A stretch of DNA of 36,949 nucleotides from positions 1 through 36,949 of the IMG/VR virus record IMGVR_UViG_3300024331_000091; one strand, given 5' to 3'. The stretch is from a virus (taxonomy: Duplodnaviria > Caudoviricetes). The translations under genes were made by a program, and so were the position numbers. Below, in pieces: positions 7,941 through 18,056 of this stretch. Every line of letters starts with the position of its first letter. The stretch's first letter is position 1. The notes below the pieces were generated by a model. It did not search any database, had not been told where the DNA came from, and was given only the letters and a program-made list of their open reading frames with translations.

Positions 7941-10063
7941 TATTTGGTGGAATAGAGAGTGCCATCACCGCCAAGGACATAATTGCCGGCTGCGAGACCT
8001 GCACTGTTGCCATTGTTGAGCGTGATGATGTCGCCCGCTTTATTCCCAGCTGGAAGTTGGGGAGCAGTCTGGGTGATGTATGGGAACGTCGCGCTGAGAA
8101 CGTCACTGACCTGTTTCTGGAAGGTGGCAATTTTCTGGAATGCGCCTTGGACGCTATCGGTTGCGCCCGGAAGACCTTCGACGTTGGCGGCGATTTCAGA
8201 GCCGTTGATACGAAGACCAGCGCCACCGGCGAGACCGCGCACCAAGTTGACCGCCGTTTCTCGGTAGTTATTAAAATTGTTGAGTTGATTGCCCCAGTTC
8301 GTTTGCAGGAGACTGTTCACTCGGCCGAGTGTCTGGCCCATGATTGTACCTCCGACGCCACTGCCGAGCGTCTTGGCTGCGAGTGCCTGCATCTGGTCGA
8401 GCTGACCCATCGCATTTTGAATGCCGTGAATGTTCGCTACGTCTGCGCCGGTGAGATATGGAATACCCGCTTTGGCGGCTTGGGCCTGTGCGGCGGTCTT
8501 AAAGCTCGCTGGGACACGGTCATCGTTCATATAAGCCACGCCAAGCGGACCAGCATCCACGAAAGGCTGGAGACTCGCTGGCAGCTGTTTGACCTTGGTC
8601 TGGGCATCTGGGCTAAACTGACCGCCTACGGTCGACGTAGAACCTGCTTTTCGACTTGAGAGCTGTTCTGCGACGGCTGCGACACCATCTTGCTGGGAAG
8701 CGAACTTTACATAGTTGCCACCGCCTTCGCTGGCCGGCTTAGCCGTACCTTTAGAAGTCCCTGGGTGGCTGTCTTGATAGGCCTGACTCCACGTAATGCC
8801 ACCGAGATTATTATTCTTGGTTGCGACTGGAGAAGCTCCCATATTAGACTCCTGTTGCATGATACTGATGAGCATACCTGGGTCGACGCCGGTCTGGCCC
8901 GCAATTTGCATGATTTGAGAACCAGTGATAGTTGACTTCGGATTGAGCTTGCTGATGATTGCCTGCGCATCGGAAGCACTTTGCGGATTGCCAACAACCG
9001 AGGAAATCGCACCAACCTTAGAAGCATAGGATGGATCGGTCGCATAGGTCGAAAGGTCATAGCCGTTCACGACGGAAGATTGATTGCCATTGCCGGTACT
9101 GTTCCCGTTACCACCAAGCAATGGAGAACTGCCGTCTCCAGTGAGTGGGTGAATGTCGACAGTACCATCCGGTTTTGTACCAATAAAGAGTAACTGAGTT
9201 GGGTCGCTTGGATTTGGCATGATTTGCGTATCCTGATACGTCTTCTGTGCGCCGATATTTCCAGCTTTCGTATTGGCGATTTCTCCAGTGACTGGATTGC
9301 GCGTAGTGACATAGACATCACCAGTCTGCGGATTGACGTTTGTGGCGATATTCTGCGGAGCAGTTTCTTTGTAGATATTCAACGTATCGGTGAGCGCATT
9401 TCGGTTTGCGTCATAGAGGAACTGAGCCGCTTGGAGTTGCTGAGTGCGCGTACCCTGGAGCAAGGTGAGGTATTGAGTATAGAAAGTCTTCTGACGAAGA
9501 TTTGCGAGAGAAGTCGGGGTGAGACCGTTGGCGACATCGCCGAGTTCGCGGGTCGTTGCGGCTGTGATAGACGGTAATCCACCGCCGACATTGCGATCGA
9601 CAATACCTTCCTGTTCGCCAGTCTGACTTTGAGTGATACCGAGGAGTTTTTTCTTGACATCGATTTCTTCCGGACTGAGTTCGGTATTGGCGGCAACAGC
9701 TTGAGCGAGCTGAGGAGAATTTGAAAGATAGCCCTGCAACTTCTTGAGGAGATCATTCTGCCCGAGCTGGTCGCCGGCGCTTCCGGTGATATCAGCCATC
9801 GTGCCGGTCTTAGAGAGGCCTTTAGCAACATCGCCCGCATCGATGGTGAGCGAGTCGGTCGGAGCCGGTGGTTTGATGTTGGAACCTAAATTGCCCGGAT
9901 GAGTGCCGGTCGGAATTAAATCAGCATTGAGACCAGATTTGAATAATGCGGCGCCGGCCATAGGATCAACATAGCCGGTGGACTTGTTGAAAATATCAGT
10001 CAGACCCGAGTCAGGGTTTTGAGCCTTGAAATAGTCTTGTGGATTTGGGGCGATGTCTGCCAT
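7940..10063 (-). CDS. Internal virion / ejection protein with a lysozyme-like (glucosaminidase-type) domain
   Basis: GVDPGMLISIMQQESNMG, NNNLGGI and YVKFASQQDGV motifs. Confidence 0.65.
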   Translation of the reverse strand: MADIAPNPQDYFKAQNPDSGLTDIFNKSTGYVDPMAGAALFKSGLNADLIPTGTHPGNLGSNIKPPAPTDSLTIDAGDVAKGLSKTGTMADITGSAGDQLGQNDLLKKLQGYLSNSPQLAQAVAANTELSPEEIDVKKKLLGITQSQTGEQEGIVDRNVGGGLPSITAATTRELGDVANGLTPTSLANLRQKTFYTQYLTLLQGTRTQQLQAAQFLYDANRNALTDTLNIYKETAPQNIATNVNPQTGDVYVTTRNPVTGEIANTKAGNIGAQKTYQDTQIMPNPSDPTQLLFIGTKPDGTVDIHPLTGDGSSPLLGGNGNSTGNGNQSSVVNGYDLSTYATDPSYASKVGAISSVVGNPQSASDAQAIISKLNPKSTITGSQIMQIAGQTGVDPGMLISIMQQESNMGASPVATKNNNLGGITWSQAYQDSHPGTSKGTAKPASEGGGNYVKFASQQDGVAAVAEQLSSRKAGSTSTVGGQFSPDAQTKVKQLPASLQPFVDAGPLGVAYMNDDRVPASFKTAAQAQAAKAGIPYLTGADVANIHGIQNAMGQLDQMQALAAKTLGSGVGGTIMGQTLGRVNSLLQTNWGNQLNNFNNYRETAVNLVRGLAGGAGLRINGSEIAANVEGLPGATDSVQGAFQKIATFQKQVSDVLSATFPYITQTAPQLPAGNKAGDIITLNNGNSAGLAAGNYVLGGDGTLYSTK

Positions 10064-11634
10064 TATTTTGTTCCCGAGATGCCTGCCCGAATAATGATCG
10101 GGAAGAGAACCTCTGGATAGTTAGCTCCGCTCACCGTGTCCAGTTTGATCTGGAGTTGGAACGAGTCGCAGAGGTCGAAGTTTACGCCATCGTCTTCGAT
10201 AACCGCGTACTCGGAATTTGCTGCCGTGATGGTTCCGACTTTGGTGAAAGTGTCAGCCGAAGGAACTGTCGTGCCCGGAATGTATCGGCCGTACTGCTTC
10301 ACCCAGACGGTGTAACCACAATTTGCAGGGAGCGTCTTATGATATATTTTAATCTTTTTAATGCTTCCCTTGAACTCCAAGTTATCATCAATGGGGATGA
10401 GGTCGCTGGTATAGATGCCGGTCGATGGCGCGGACTGAGAGGATGAGATGCCAGTCGTACTCATCTTATAGACATTGCCCGAGCTGGTATCGATCCAGCA
10501 GATGATCATGACTGAGCCAAAGACACGGACCGATAGATACGTCCATGAGGTCGGTGCACCGTTCATCAGACGGAGGTTTGAGGTGTATTTCGGGACATTC
10601 AAAATTCGCGTGCCGTAGGTATAGAGGCCGATATTATCAAGACCGAAATACATGATGTTGCCATAAACCTCAAAGGTGCGATCCAGAACGCCTGCGGTGG
10701 CCGCTAGGCGCTGTTGGAACTGTAATTGAGGGGTGTAGCCAGGGATAGCCGTTGAAATGCGCATGACGGTCTCTGCAGAGGTCTGACCGATGTTCAGGGT
10801 AACGATGTTCGCCACGCCATTCACCATGCGGATGCCGTTCAAACCGACGTCACCGAGATCTTGTGAGTCTTCCACCGTGACTGCCGCGCCGTCCCAAAGA
10901 AGATAACGGGAGCGTTGGCCGTCATTCGTGGCCTTGATACCGATCAGGACAAACTGGCCCGCCTCTTGGACTGAGACGATATTGAAACCAGCGCCAAAAC
11001 TGAGAACGCCTTCGGTGAAGGTTGAATTGTCATACCAGCCGATCTTCGTATAGACACCACCATCGCCATGCGTAAAGAAAATCTTGGCGAGGCCTTTGTG
11101 GTTGAGGAAATGTCCGTAGCGTTCAGTAGTCGTGCCCAATGTTCCGATCGTAGTAGCGGAAGGAGACCCAGAAAGGTTGCCCCAGCGCTTGAAGAGATGG
11201 CGATCGCTGAAAAAGAGACCATCTTTATATTCTTCAAGAGGATAGTTGCCAGAAAGACCGGCGTTGTTGAAATCTCGAGAGTAGGTCGGTGAAGCAGCTA
11301 AGGCCGATGTTTCCCAGAGAGCATTGTTGACCACGGCGGAGATCGTCTCCTCACCGTGCAGATAGTATTTTCCGTTTGAGGAGAGATAGGTATTAAAAAC
11401 TTTTACGGCGGTTGCTCCGGCATCTTGGCTTGGCAATGCCATATCCTGCAAAGCCGGAAAGACCGGCCGGATACTGTTCCGGTTAGAATATACGTCAACG
11501 TCGGTTGCGGCTTGATAGGTTTGAATCGTAAGATCTTCGTAGAGATCTCGAGCCAGACCACCCTTTACACCGGGAATGACAATGACGCGATCGCGTTGGT
11601 AAATTTTATTGAGCGGATTTTGGTTGTTTGCCAT
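10063..11634 (-). CDS. Tail nozzle / stabilisation protein (putative)
   Basis: 523 aa, beta-rich; positioned just before the ejection genes. Confidence 0.5.
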   Translation of the reverse strand: MANNQNPLNKIYQRDRVIVIPGVKGGLARDLYEDLTIQTYQAATDVDVYSNRNSIRPVFPALQDMALPSQDAGATAVKVFNTYLSSNGKYYLHGEETISAVVNNALWETSALAASPTYSRDFNNAGLSGNYPLEEYKDGLFFSDRHLFKRWGNLSGSPSATTIGTLGTTTERYGHFLNHKGLAKIFFTHGDGGVYTKIGWYDNSTFTEGVLSFGAGFNIVSVQEAGQFVLIGIKATNDGQRSRYLLWDGAAVTVEDSQDLGDVGLNGIRMVNGVANIVTLNIGQTSAETVMRISTAIPGYTPQLQFQQRLAATAGVLDRTFEVYGNIMYFGLDNIGLYTYGTRILNVPKYTSNLRLMNGAPTSWTYLSVRVFGSVMIICWIDTSSGNVYKMSTTGISSSQSAPSTGIYTSDLIPIDDNLEFKGSIKKIKIYHKTLPANCGYTVWVKQYGRYIPGTTVPSADTFTKVGTITAANSEYAVIEDDGVNFDLCDSFQLQIKLDTVSGANYPEVLFPIIIRAGISGTK

Positions 11635-11651
11635 GGTAGTATTTTATAATT

Positions 11652-12707
11652 TTATTGGAATGCTTCATAGTAGATGCGGCATCGATAGTTCGCTCCCGCC
11701 GAAGAATATCCGGAAGACAATGCAATGGCGAGGTTGATCGTAAAACTGGCATCATCCACCGCGCTCACCGAGAGCGTGAATTTCACACCATTGTTGCTGA
11801 GCTGATCACCCGTGGTCGGATTAGTGGTACTGGTGGCAATGGCGATCAAGGCATCGATGTTTTGGACATTTCCATCATCAGCCGTCATATTATGTCCAGC
11901 CGTTGCCACAGTTGAAAATATACAAAAGTCCGCAAGCTGAGTCGTTCCAAAGAATGTGACGATGCCCTTCCTGCCCGCTAGACCACCAAGGCCGCCATTC
12001 GCGGCTTGAAGATAATAATAGAGTTTGATCAGCCGTGGTCGAAAGCCAACCGTGACCTGATCTGTGGTATTGCCCGCGCTCGGGTTGGTAGAGAGATAGC
12101 TTCCAAGTGTGGCGGGAATGCCCTCCATGTATTTGGCTTGAGTCATGATGCAGAGCGTGGTTGTAGTCACGGCCTGTCCGATTAGGCGTCCGAATGTTCC
12201 GGGTGTGGTACTGATCACGCCAGCCGTGTTGGTGGTGAAATAATATGCTCCGACCGTTAGACCCGTAAATCCAGTCACGATACCTCTGTTCAGAACATAG
12301 ACTGATCCATTCACGCCACTGCCAAGATTTTGAGCGGCATCGATAAAGCCCACAAAGTCCATAGCGGCTTCACCGGCAGATGTGGCATCGGTTCGATAAA
12401 CCTTGCCGTCGGATGCTTTCAAGTAGACCGCCTTAGGAACGGATGATGCATCGATCGCTTCGCCGGTCACAAAAGTCTGATGAGCCGCATCGGTAATCCC
12501 CAAGAGAGACGCGCTCGTGTGCTTATGGCCCGGATCTATCGACTGCGGTGACATCAATTTGAAATTGCCTCCCTTGGGAACGATAGAGCGGTATTGGACG
12601 TCAGTATCGCTTCGCTTTATTTCTTCTTGGAGTCTGGAAATTTCAAGAGACGTATTCGATTTGAATGCCTCAAAATCTGCTCTCAATTTTTCAATTTCTG
12701 GGTCCAT
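11652..12707 (-). CDS. Tail fibre / spike-like structural protein
   Basis: N-terminal coiled coil, GLTVGAYYF...GVISTTPG and VGFRPRLIK motifs common in phage structural proteins. Confidence 0.55.
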   Translation of the reverse strand: MDPEIEKLRADFEAFKSNTSLEISRLQEEIKRSDTDVQYRSIVPKGGNFKLMSPQSIDPGHKHTSASLLGITDAAHQTFVTGEAIDASSVPKAVYLKASDGKVYRTDATSAGEAAMDFVGFIDAAQNLGSGVNGSVYVLNRGIVTGFTGLTVGAYYFTTNTAGVISTTPGTFGRLIGQAVTTTTLCIMTQAKYMEGIPATLGSYLSTNPSAGNTTDQVTVGFRPRLIKLYYYLQAANGGLGGLAGRKGIVTFFGTTQLADFCIFSTVATAGHNMTADDGNVQNIDALIAIATSTTNPTTGDQLSNNGVKFTLSVSAVDDASFTINLAIALSSGYSSAGANYRCRIYYEAFQ

Positions 12708-13867
12708 TAGGATTTGTTTTGCAGGTTCCAGATATTCGATACGTTTTTCGAAACATCGGTCCAGACGTTAGATATGTTTTTGCTGACGAAACTCCATATA
12801 TTTCTGATCAAGTTTCCGTTGATAAAGAGCCAATCTTTAAGTTGGAGAGTTTCAGAGAAGGTTCGACCTAGCGTTCTAAACTGGCTAAAGGTATCGGTGA
12901 GGGAGAGTGTATCTACTAAAGTCCGCGCTCCCATTCGAATGGTTGAGTCAACCAGAGAAAGTGTGTCGGACAGTACCTTCGTGGTGGTCCGAATAATTGT
13001 GTCAGAGAGACTCAAGACTTCCGTAGTGAGATTTGAGCTTATAATCTTGGTCTTAGCTATCGTATCGGTTAAAGACAGGGTTTCGGGTAGAGATCGGTTT
13101 ATGGTTCGAAGGATGGAGTCTGACAAGGAGAGAGTCTCGCTGAGGGTCTGACTGTAACTATTTACGAATGGATAGGAAAAACCAGCACCAGAATTATACA
13201 AAGACGTTACCTCGCCAGATGTCAGGACCCTGCTCCAAAGACCAACCTCGTCGATTGTGCCATAGAAGAAATGGTCAGGTCCGTACATGCGTGCACCGAT
13301 TAAGAAATCGGCGGTGTTGTCATAGATTGAACTCGCTGCCTGGCTTCCATAGGTCACGCTCGAGGACGATCCATTGATATAGATAGTGATGACCTTAGTG
13401 GCCACCGCCATCGTGATAACGACGTGATAAAGAGTATTGAGATGAATAGTATTGTCTCCGGTTGACCCATAGGTCGCAGTGGAACCAGCAGCATCAGAGG
13501 CATAGTACGCTTGGATAGCGCCAGCAGTCGTAGAACCGGGAATGATTTCAAATTCGTAACCGAAACCCGAAGCATTTCCAAATTTGGTGAGTATTGCCTG
13601 TGCTCCGGTGGACTGCGGGTCTGAGGTCATGTACATCCAGAAAGAGATACTGATATCCCCCGTGATAGATAGCGCGGCATCGTCAGCTCGTCGCAATCTC
13701 TGGCTTGAACCGCCAGCGAATACAGCGCCATTGTTTATGATGGCGTGGACGTTCGAATACGTCACCGTGTTCACATTGGTGAGATTTTCAACACCAAGAG
13801 CATCGGCGGCATCTCCGCTTGACTCGTCCAGTTTCCAGTACGCGACCAAGTTTGTTGTTAGCGACAT
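12707..13867 (-). CDS. LamG / concanavalin-A-like domain virion protein with C-terminal repeats
   Basis: LVAYWKLDESSG and GTIDEVGLWSRVLTSGEVTSLYNSG motifs; six (S/P/V/T)(E/D)xLxLxD repeats. Confidence 0.85.
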   Translation of the reverse strand: MSLTTNLVAYWKLDESSGDAADALGVENLTNVNTVTYSNVHAIINNGAVFAGGSSQRLRRADDAALSITGDISISFWMYMTSDPQSTGAQAILTKFGNASGFGYEFEIIPGSTTAGAIQAYYASDAAGSTATYGSTGDNTIHLNTLYHVVITMAVATKVITIYINGSSSSVTYGSQAASSIYDNTADFLIGARMYGPDHFFYGTIDEVGLWSRVLTSGEVTSLYNSGAGFSYPFVNSYSQTLSETLSLSDSILRTINRSLPETLSLTDTIAKTKIISSNLTTEVLSLSDTIIRTTTKVLSDTLSLVDSTIRMGARTLVDTLSLTDTFSQFRTLGRTFSETLQLKDWLFINGNLIRNIWSFVSKNISNVWTDVSKNVSNIWNLQNKS

Positions 13868-13915
13868 AGTTGCAGAGTTATCTCAGCCTCCAGAAGAGGC
13901 TGAGTGATCCTACAA

Positions 13916-14512
13916 CTAGGATACTTTGATCTTCCAAGTGACCTGCAAAGAGTCGCCGTTCACGACGTTGATTGCGGAGAATACCTGGCGAGCAAGCAGA
14001 GTGACGCTTGATGCAGCGTTGAACAAACCAGACTCGGTGACGGCCTGAGTGCCAGTTACCGTATACGTGAGAACGATTTGCGCTGTGTCATTCGTCTGAG
14101 TGGTAGTGACCAAGGAGACGGAACCGGCAGCTCGACTCAAGCCTGAGGTTGAGAGCTCGGTCTGCAAAGCAGTATCGGAAGCGCTAGCGGCGTTCGTACC
14201 AGTACCAACGGCAATGTACGTGAACGCGGCAGGAGAACCGGAACCGTTGATACGACCGGCAACGGCGGCAAAGCCGACGTTGGTAGTCGTGTTGCGGACC
14301 GTGATTAAGCCGTTATTCCATCCACCGAGCATGAACTGGAAGAGGCCAGCATGTTCGTAGCTGAATGGGTTCAACCAACCGAGCTTCATCAGCTTGGTGT
14401 AGAGCCAATTCTGCTGGAACATCTTTTTGGCATTGCCGTCCTTGTCGCGCAACTGATATTGCACGTTGAAGGTCATCTTTGCTTTTCCCCCTAACATTTT
14501 TGGGCTATTCAT
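13916..14512 (-). CDS. Virion structural protein (tail/collar-like)
   Basis: YIAVGTG...DTALQTE, VTESGLFNA and GDSLQVTWKI motifs; start trimmed to ATG 14512. Confidence 0.65.
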   Translation of the reverse strand: MNSPKMLGGKAKMTFNVQYQLRDKDGNAKKMFQQNWLYTKLMKLGWLNPFSYEHAGLFQFMLGGWNNGLITVRNTTTNVGFAAVAGRINGSGSPAAFTYIAVGTGTNAASASDTALQTELSTSGLSRAAGSVSLVTTTQTNDTAQIVLTYTVTGTQAVTESGLFNAASSVTLLARQVFSAINVVNGDSLQVTWKIKVS

Positions 14513-14798
14513 TTGACAATTCCTTTCCCGAGAGGTTTTGTATAACCTCATCGGCATTTTGGTTCGCGGCATCGACCTCTGCCGACTTTTCCCCTAACTC
14601 CTTATCCGATATGAATGTGGCCAACATCTTCTTCGCAGCCGCTTCAATATCAGATTCTGGCGTCTCGAGCGGAAATTCTTCCGTCCGGGTCATTACGACT
14701 TCCTCGCCTTCGCAGATATCAAACGTAGCGTCCAAGACGCCGACATCATTCCCGACCCTATTCACTTTTCCGATTGAACGGATTTTTACTATATACAT
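14505..14798 (-). CDS. Acidic hypothetical protein
   Basis: 97-aa ORF packed into the structural operon. Confidence 0.7.
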   Translation of the reverse strand: MYIVKIRSIGKVNRVGNDVGVLDATFDICEGEEVVMTRTEEFPLETPESDIEAAAKKMLATFISDKELGEKSAEVDAANQNADEVIQNLSGKELSNE

Positions 14799-14826
14799 TT
14801 TTTTAGCGTGATATTACTCCGTCAGG

Positions 14827-15582
14827 CTACATGCCTGAACTGTATCGTCTCGAGATGCGCGGACGCACGTCTCGCTCACGATTGGCGTAATGATCCTGCA
14901 TTGATGCCTTTATGGTTTCAGTGTCCTTATCCAGACGCGCTTGGTTTCCTAACCCGCGCGGTGCTCCATAATCGACGCTATTCAATATGGCTATGATCTT
15001 GTGAAATGGCGCGGCAAAGCCAGGCTGTTTTGTGGTATCGGTAGCGACGAAGTATTCAGCAGTGCGCTGAAAGGTTACACGAAGACCGGCTGTGAGGGTA
15101 ACTGAGCCCGCTGCCGGTTTAGGCCAGACTTGGACCGAATTAGCAATTTTGCGATAGTGAGTGGCCATACCATTCGTCGGAAATCGTTTTTCGAACGAGT
15201 CGAAAGGATCGAGCTGGCTTTCATCGATTGGAATAAGTTTCTGATATTGGCCGGATGCATCCATGACTTCGACTTCCTGAATGCGAAGCAAGGTCGACAT
15301 GTTGCCCGAGCCGGTATTCGCCGGTAAGAGATAATCTCCAGTACCCGCAACCAAATCGCAAGTTCCAATCGGAAGGTTTGTATAGTTGGTGTCGTCCCAT
15401 TCCCACTCAGAATTTGCTTCGAGGATCCAAGCAACGGCAAGATCGTAATTGTTATTTGAAAGGCCAACGAAAATATCGAGCAAAACGGAATTGCCCGAAA
15501 TATATCCGTCCGAGAGACCCAGAAGAGTCTCGCAGAGCTGGATAATGCCCTGACGAGGAGTTGTGACTTGATTGAACTTCAT
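14827..15582 (-). CDS. Head-to-tail adaptor / tail tubular protein (putative)
   Basis: LVAGTGDYLLP, VQVWPKP and PGFAAPFHKII patterns; gene position. Confidence 0.65.
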   Translation of the reverse strand: MKFNQVTTPRQGIIQLCETLLGLSDGYISGNSVLLDIFVGLSNNNYDLAVAWILEANSEWEWDDTNYTNLPIGTCDLVAGTGDYLLPANTGSGNMSTLLRIQEVEVMDASGQYQKLIPIDESQLDPFDSFEKRFPTNGMATHYRKIANSVQVWPKPAAGSVTLTAGLRVTFQRTAEYFVATDTTKQPGFAAPFHKIIAILNSVDYGAPRGLGNQARLDKDTETIKASMQDHYANRERDVRPRISRRYSSGM

Positions 15583-16727
15583 TTAAGGTATTTGTCGAGT
15601 ACCGCCTTCCACCTCCACGCATTCTGAGACCATTGCCAGTTCTGAGCGATGTACCTGTACGCATTATACCCAATGCGTTTTCTCAGGTCATTGTTGTTGA
15701 TAAGTTTATCGATAGTATTGAACCACTCATTCTCGGTCTTGCAGAGAAAACCAGTCTTGCCTGGCTGAATTGTCTTGAGACGATTGAAGAAACCGCCGAT
15801 GCTTTTATAGTACGGATAAACTTTCGAAGCCACGACCGGAATTTGAAGCATCGACATCTCCATCCATTTGATATGAGACTTTCCCCGATTAAATTCATCA
15901 TCAACGAGTGGCGCCAGAGCGATATCCCATCCGAGCTCGGCCAAGCGTTCAGGATAACCTTTCCAGTTCAACGTGCCTTTCACGAAAGAGAGTTGTGTCT
16001 CATCGACGCCAAGTTTAGCGACGATGTCTCTGGCCTTCTCCGGTGTAATACCTCCCATGAATTCGACTCGGACATTTCGATATTTTTCTAAAATTCTCCT
16101 CAACGCCGTCAGCACGATATCAATATCGGCATCGTGAGTGATTGATCCAGCCCAACCAATACGAAGATAGCCGTCATTGAATTTAGCAACCTTTGTCGGC
16201 CAGTCTCGGATATCATTGCAGTTCGGTAAGATATCAATGTTTTTTTGAAGTTTTGAATATGCTTTTTTCAACGGTACAGTCGAGACTAGGAGACCACTCA
16301 CGAATGAAACCACAGCTTTCAAGATGGCATTGCGATCTCTGCCCTGCGCGTATTCGGCATAGGCGGGATTGTCTTCCCGGACCGCGAAAAGATTATCGTC
16401 TAAGTCCATAACTACTGGAATGCCGAAATATCGCCCGGCCGAGATAAGATCAGAGGCGGCGCGAGGTGTATCCATCTGACGGACATAGACTAAGTCGTAG
16501 GTATTGAAAATATGGGTCATGCGCTCCTCCTGAGTTTTGCCCAAATCGTTGAAGCCCTTTCCGATGACATCAACATCGTAGAATTGCTTGAGTATCTCGG
16601 CTGGCTTCACAATTCGGTAGTAACCGATACCGCCGTAAGAGTCATTGACAATACGCTCTGGGTTTTGAGCCCAGTCGGTTCGGATCATTAAAATCTTTTT
16701 TCTATTTGGAATTGCGTTTGAGGACAT
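15579..16727 (-). CDS. GT-B glycosyltransferase (GT4-like)
   Basis: GIGYYRIVKP, MDLDDNL, IGWAGSITH and DIALAPLVDDEFNRGKSHIKWME motifs. Confidence 0.9.
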   Translation of the reverse strand: MSSNAIPNRKKILMIRTDWAQNPERIVNDSYGGIGYYRIVKPAEILKQFYDVDVIGKGFNDLGKTQEERMTHIFNTYDLVYVRQMDTPRAASDLISAGRYFGIPVVMDLDDNLFAVREDNPAYAEYAQGRDRNAILKAVVSFVSGLLVSTVPLKKAYSKLQKNIDILPNCNDIRDWPTKVAKFNDGYLRIGWAGSITHDADIDIVLTALRRILEKYRNVRVEFMGGITPEKARDIVAKLGVDETQLSFVKGTLNWKGYPERLAELGWDIALAPLVDDEFNRGKSHIKWMEMSMLQIPVVASKVYPYYKSIGGFFNRLKTIQPGKTGFLCKTENEWFNTIDKLINNNDLRKRIGYNAYRYIAQNWQWSQNAWRWKAVLDKYLK

Positions 16728-17346
16728 CTTTTTTGATTGCGAGGAACTTGTCGCCGGTCCAACCGGAACTCACCGATCCATCGCGCCGATTAAAGTTATA
16801 AACAGTTTCCGGGAAGTATTCGAATTTGAAGCCCTTATTCTTAGCCCTTAGCCAGAAATCCCAATCCTCAGCCAATGGGTACGTAAAGCCTCCCAGAGCC
16901 TCCCAGACGCTCTTTCGGAACCAACTGACCCCAGGTATCGAATTGCGCTCCTCGAGGTCGTAGGGCGAGGCGTTTACGCCATATAGGCCCGTCTCCTTAC
17001 CGAACATCATGAGATGGAAATGCCAGATATCCGCATGGCTAGTGAGAATGTGTTTTTGGAGTTTGGAAACACCGACCCGAACCAAAGTATCATCATCGTC
17101 GAGAATAGCGATAATGTCGCCGGTGGCAGATTTGATAGCAGAGTTCTTGGCTTCGAAAAATCCCCGGTTCTTTGCGTGTTTTATGTAGTGGATACTCTCC
17201 GAGCCATCGGTCCGGATGTCCGGGAATTTCTCCGAACCGTCATTGACGATGACGATCTCATCGAAGAGACCAAGGGCCGAGTCGAGCGCATGCTGAATGA
17301 GCTTGAGGTCCGGGTTATAGCTGCCGATGATCAGGGAGAATTTCAT
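16702..17346 (-). CDS. GT2 glycosyltransferase
   Basis: IVIVNDGS, LDDDD and EDWDFWLR motifs. Confidence 0.92.
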   Translation of the reverse strand: MKFSLIIGSYNPDLKLIQHALDSALGLFDEIVIVNDGSEKFPDIRTDGSESIHYIKHAKNRGFFEAKNSAIKSATGDIIAILDDDDTLVRVGVSKLQKHILTSHADIWHFHLMMFGKETGLYGVNASPYDLEERNSIPGVSWFRKSVWEALGGFTYPLAEDWDFWLRAKNKGFKFEYFPETVYNFNRRDGSVSSGWTGDKFLAIKKDVLKRNSK

Positions 17347-18056
17347 ATTTGAATGACATCGCCATAAAAGTCGATGCGCTTGGTTATTCCGCTCTCCTTC
17401 ATGTACTGCTTGATATATCCGAGCGCACGTTGTCTATATTCTTGATAGTTTGGGTTAGAAACATGGTCATGGCGGACTTGGAGACGTTCCGTGAACCCAA
17501 CCTTTATTTTACCAAGATATTTGTGATACGGCACGAGATGATCCCCTATTTTCAGACGATCATCCCATGGGTATTTGGTCAAAGTGGCCGTTCGAGCGAG
17601 CATAAGGTTTGGAATGATATCGCATTGAAGAACGCCATCACCCAAGTCGTTCCCACCGCGGATATAGGTGAGCACTGAGCCCTCTTGTTTTAAAAATCCA
17701 TGATAGGTCAGCCCGGGAACCGAGAACCCAAGGATATCAAACTCATATTTCTCCATGAGTTGTTCCGCCAGCTCGAGATTTGTTTCTTTAATGAAAAATG
17801 AGTCATCATCCCCGCACCAAGCATATTTTGTTTTGACGTTGGCGAGACCGATGTTTCTCCCGGCTGAGACACCGATATCAAACTCCGTGAAAATTATCTT
17901 TGTGGCGCCGACGTATTCGGTCTTTTCCCGACTATCATCCACAACAATGATCGGGATGTCAGGATAAAACCTCCGGACGCTGTTAATAAGCCTCTGGCAG
18001 GCCTCAGGGCGCTCGAAGGTTTTGATCATGACGGATGTATTCATAGTTTTTTCCAC
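17343..18056 (-). CDS. GT2-like glycosyltransferase
   Basis: IKTFERP, IIVVDDS, GVSAGRN and GDDD motifs. Confidence 0.88.
   Translation of the reverse strand: MEKTMNTSVMIKTFERPEACQRLINSVRRFYPDIPIIVVDDSREKTEYVGATKIIFTEFDIGVSAGRNIGLANVKTKYAWCGDDDSFFIKETNLELAEQLMEKYEFDILGFSVPGLTYHGFLKQEGSVLTYIRGGNDLGDGVLQCDIIPNLMLARTATLTKYPWDDRLKIGDHLVPYHKYLGKIKVGFTERLQVRHDHVSNPNYQEYRQRALGYIKQYMKESGITKRIDFYGDVIQI

Noticed and set aside
7865-8659. Long + strand ORFs opposite structural and GT genes (also 18219..18872 and others)
   Set aside because: No motifs; typical antisense shadows of minus-strand genes.
10063-14512. A third VR in the tail or fibre genes
   Set aside because: No TR-like sequence noticed by eye; BLASTn of TR is needed to exclude it formally.
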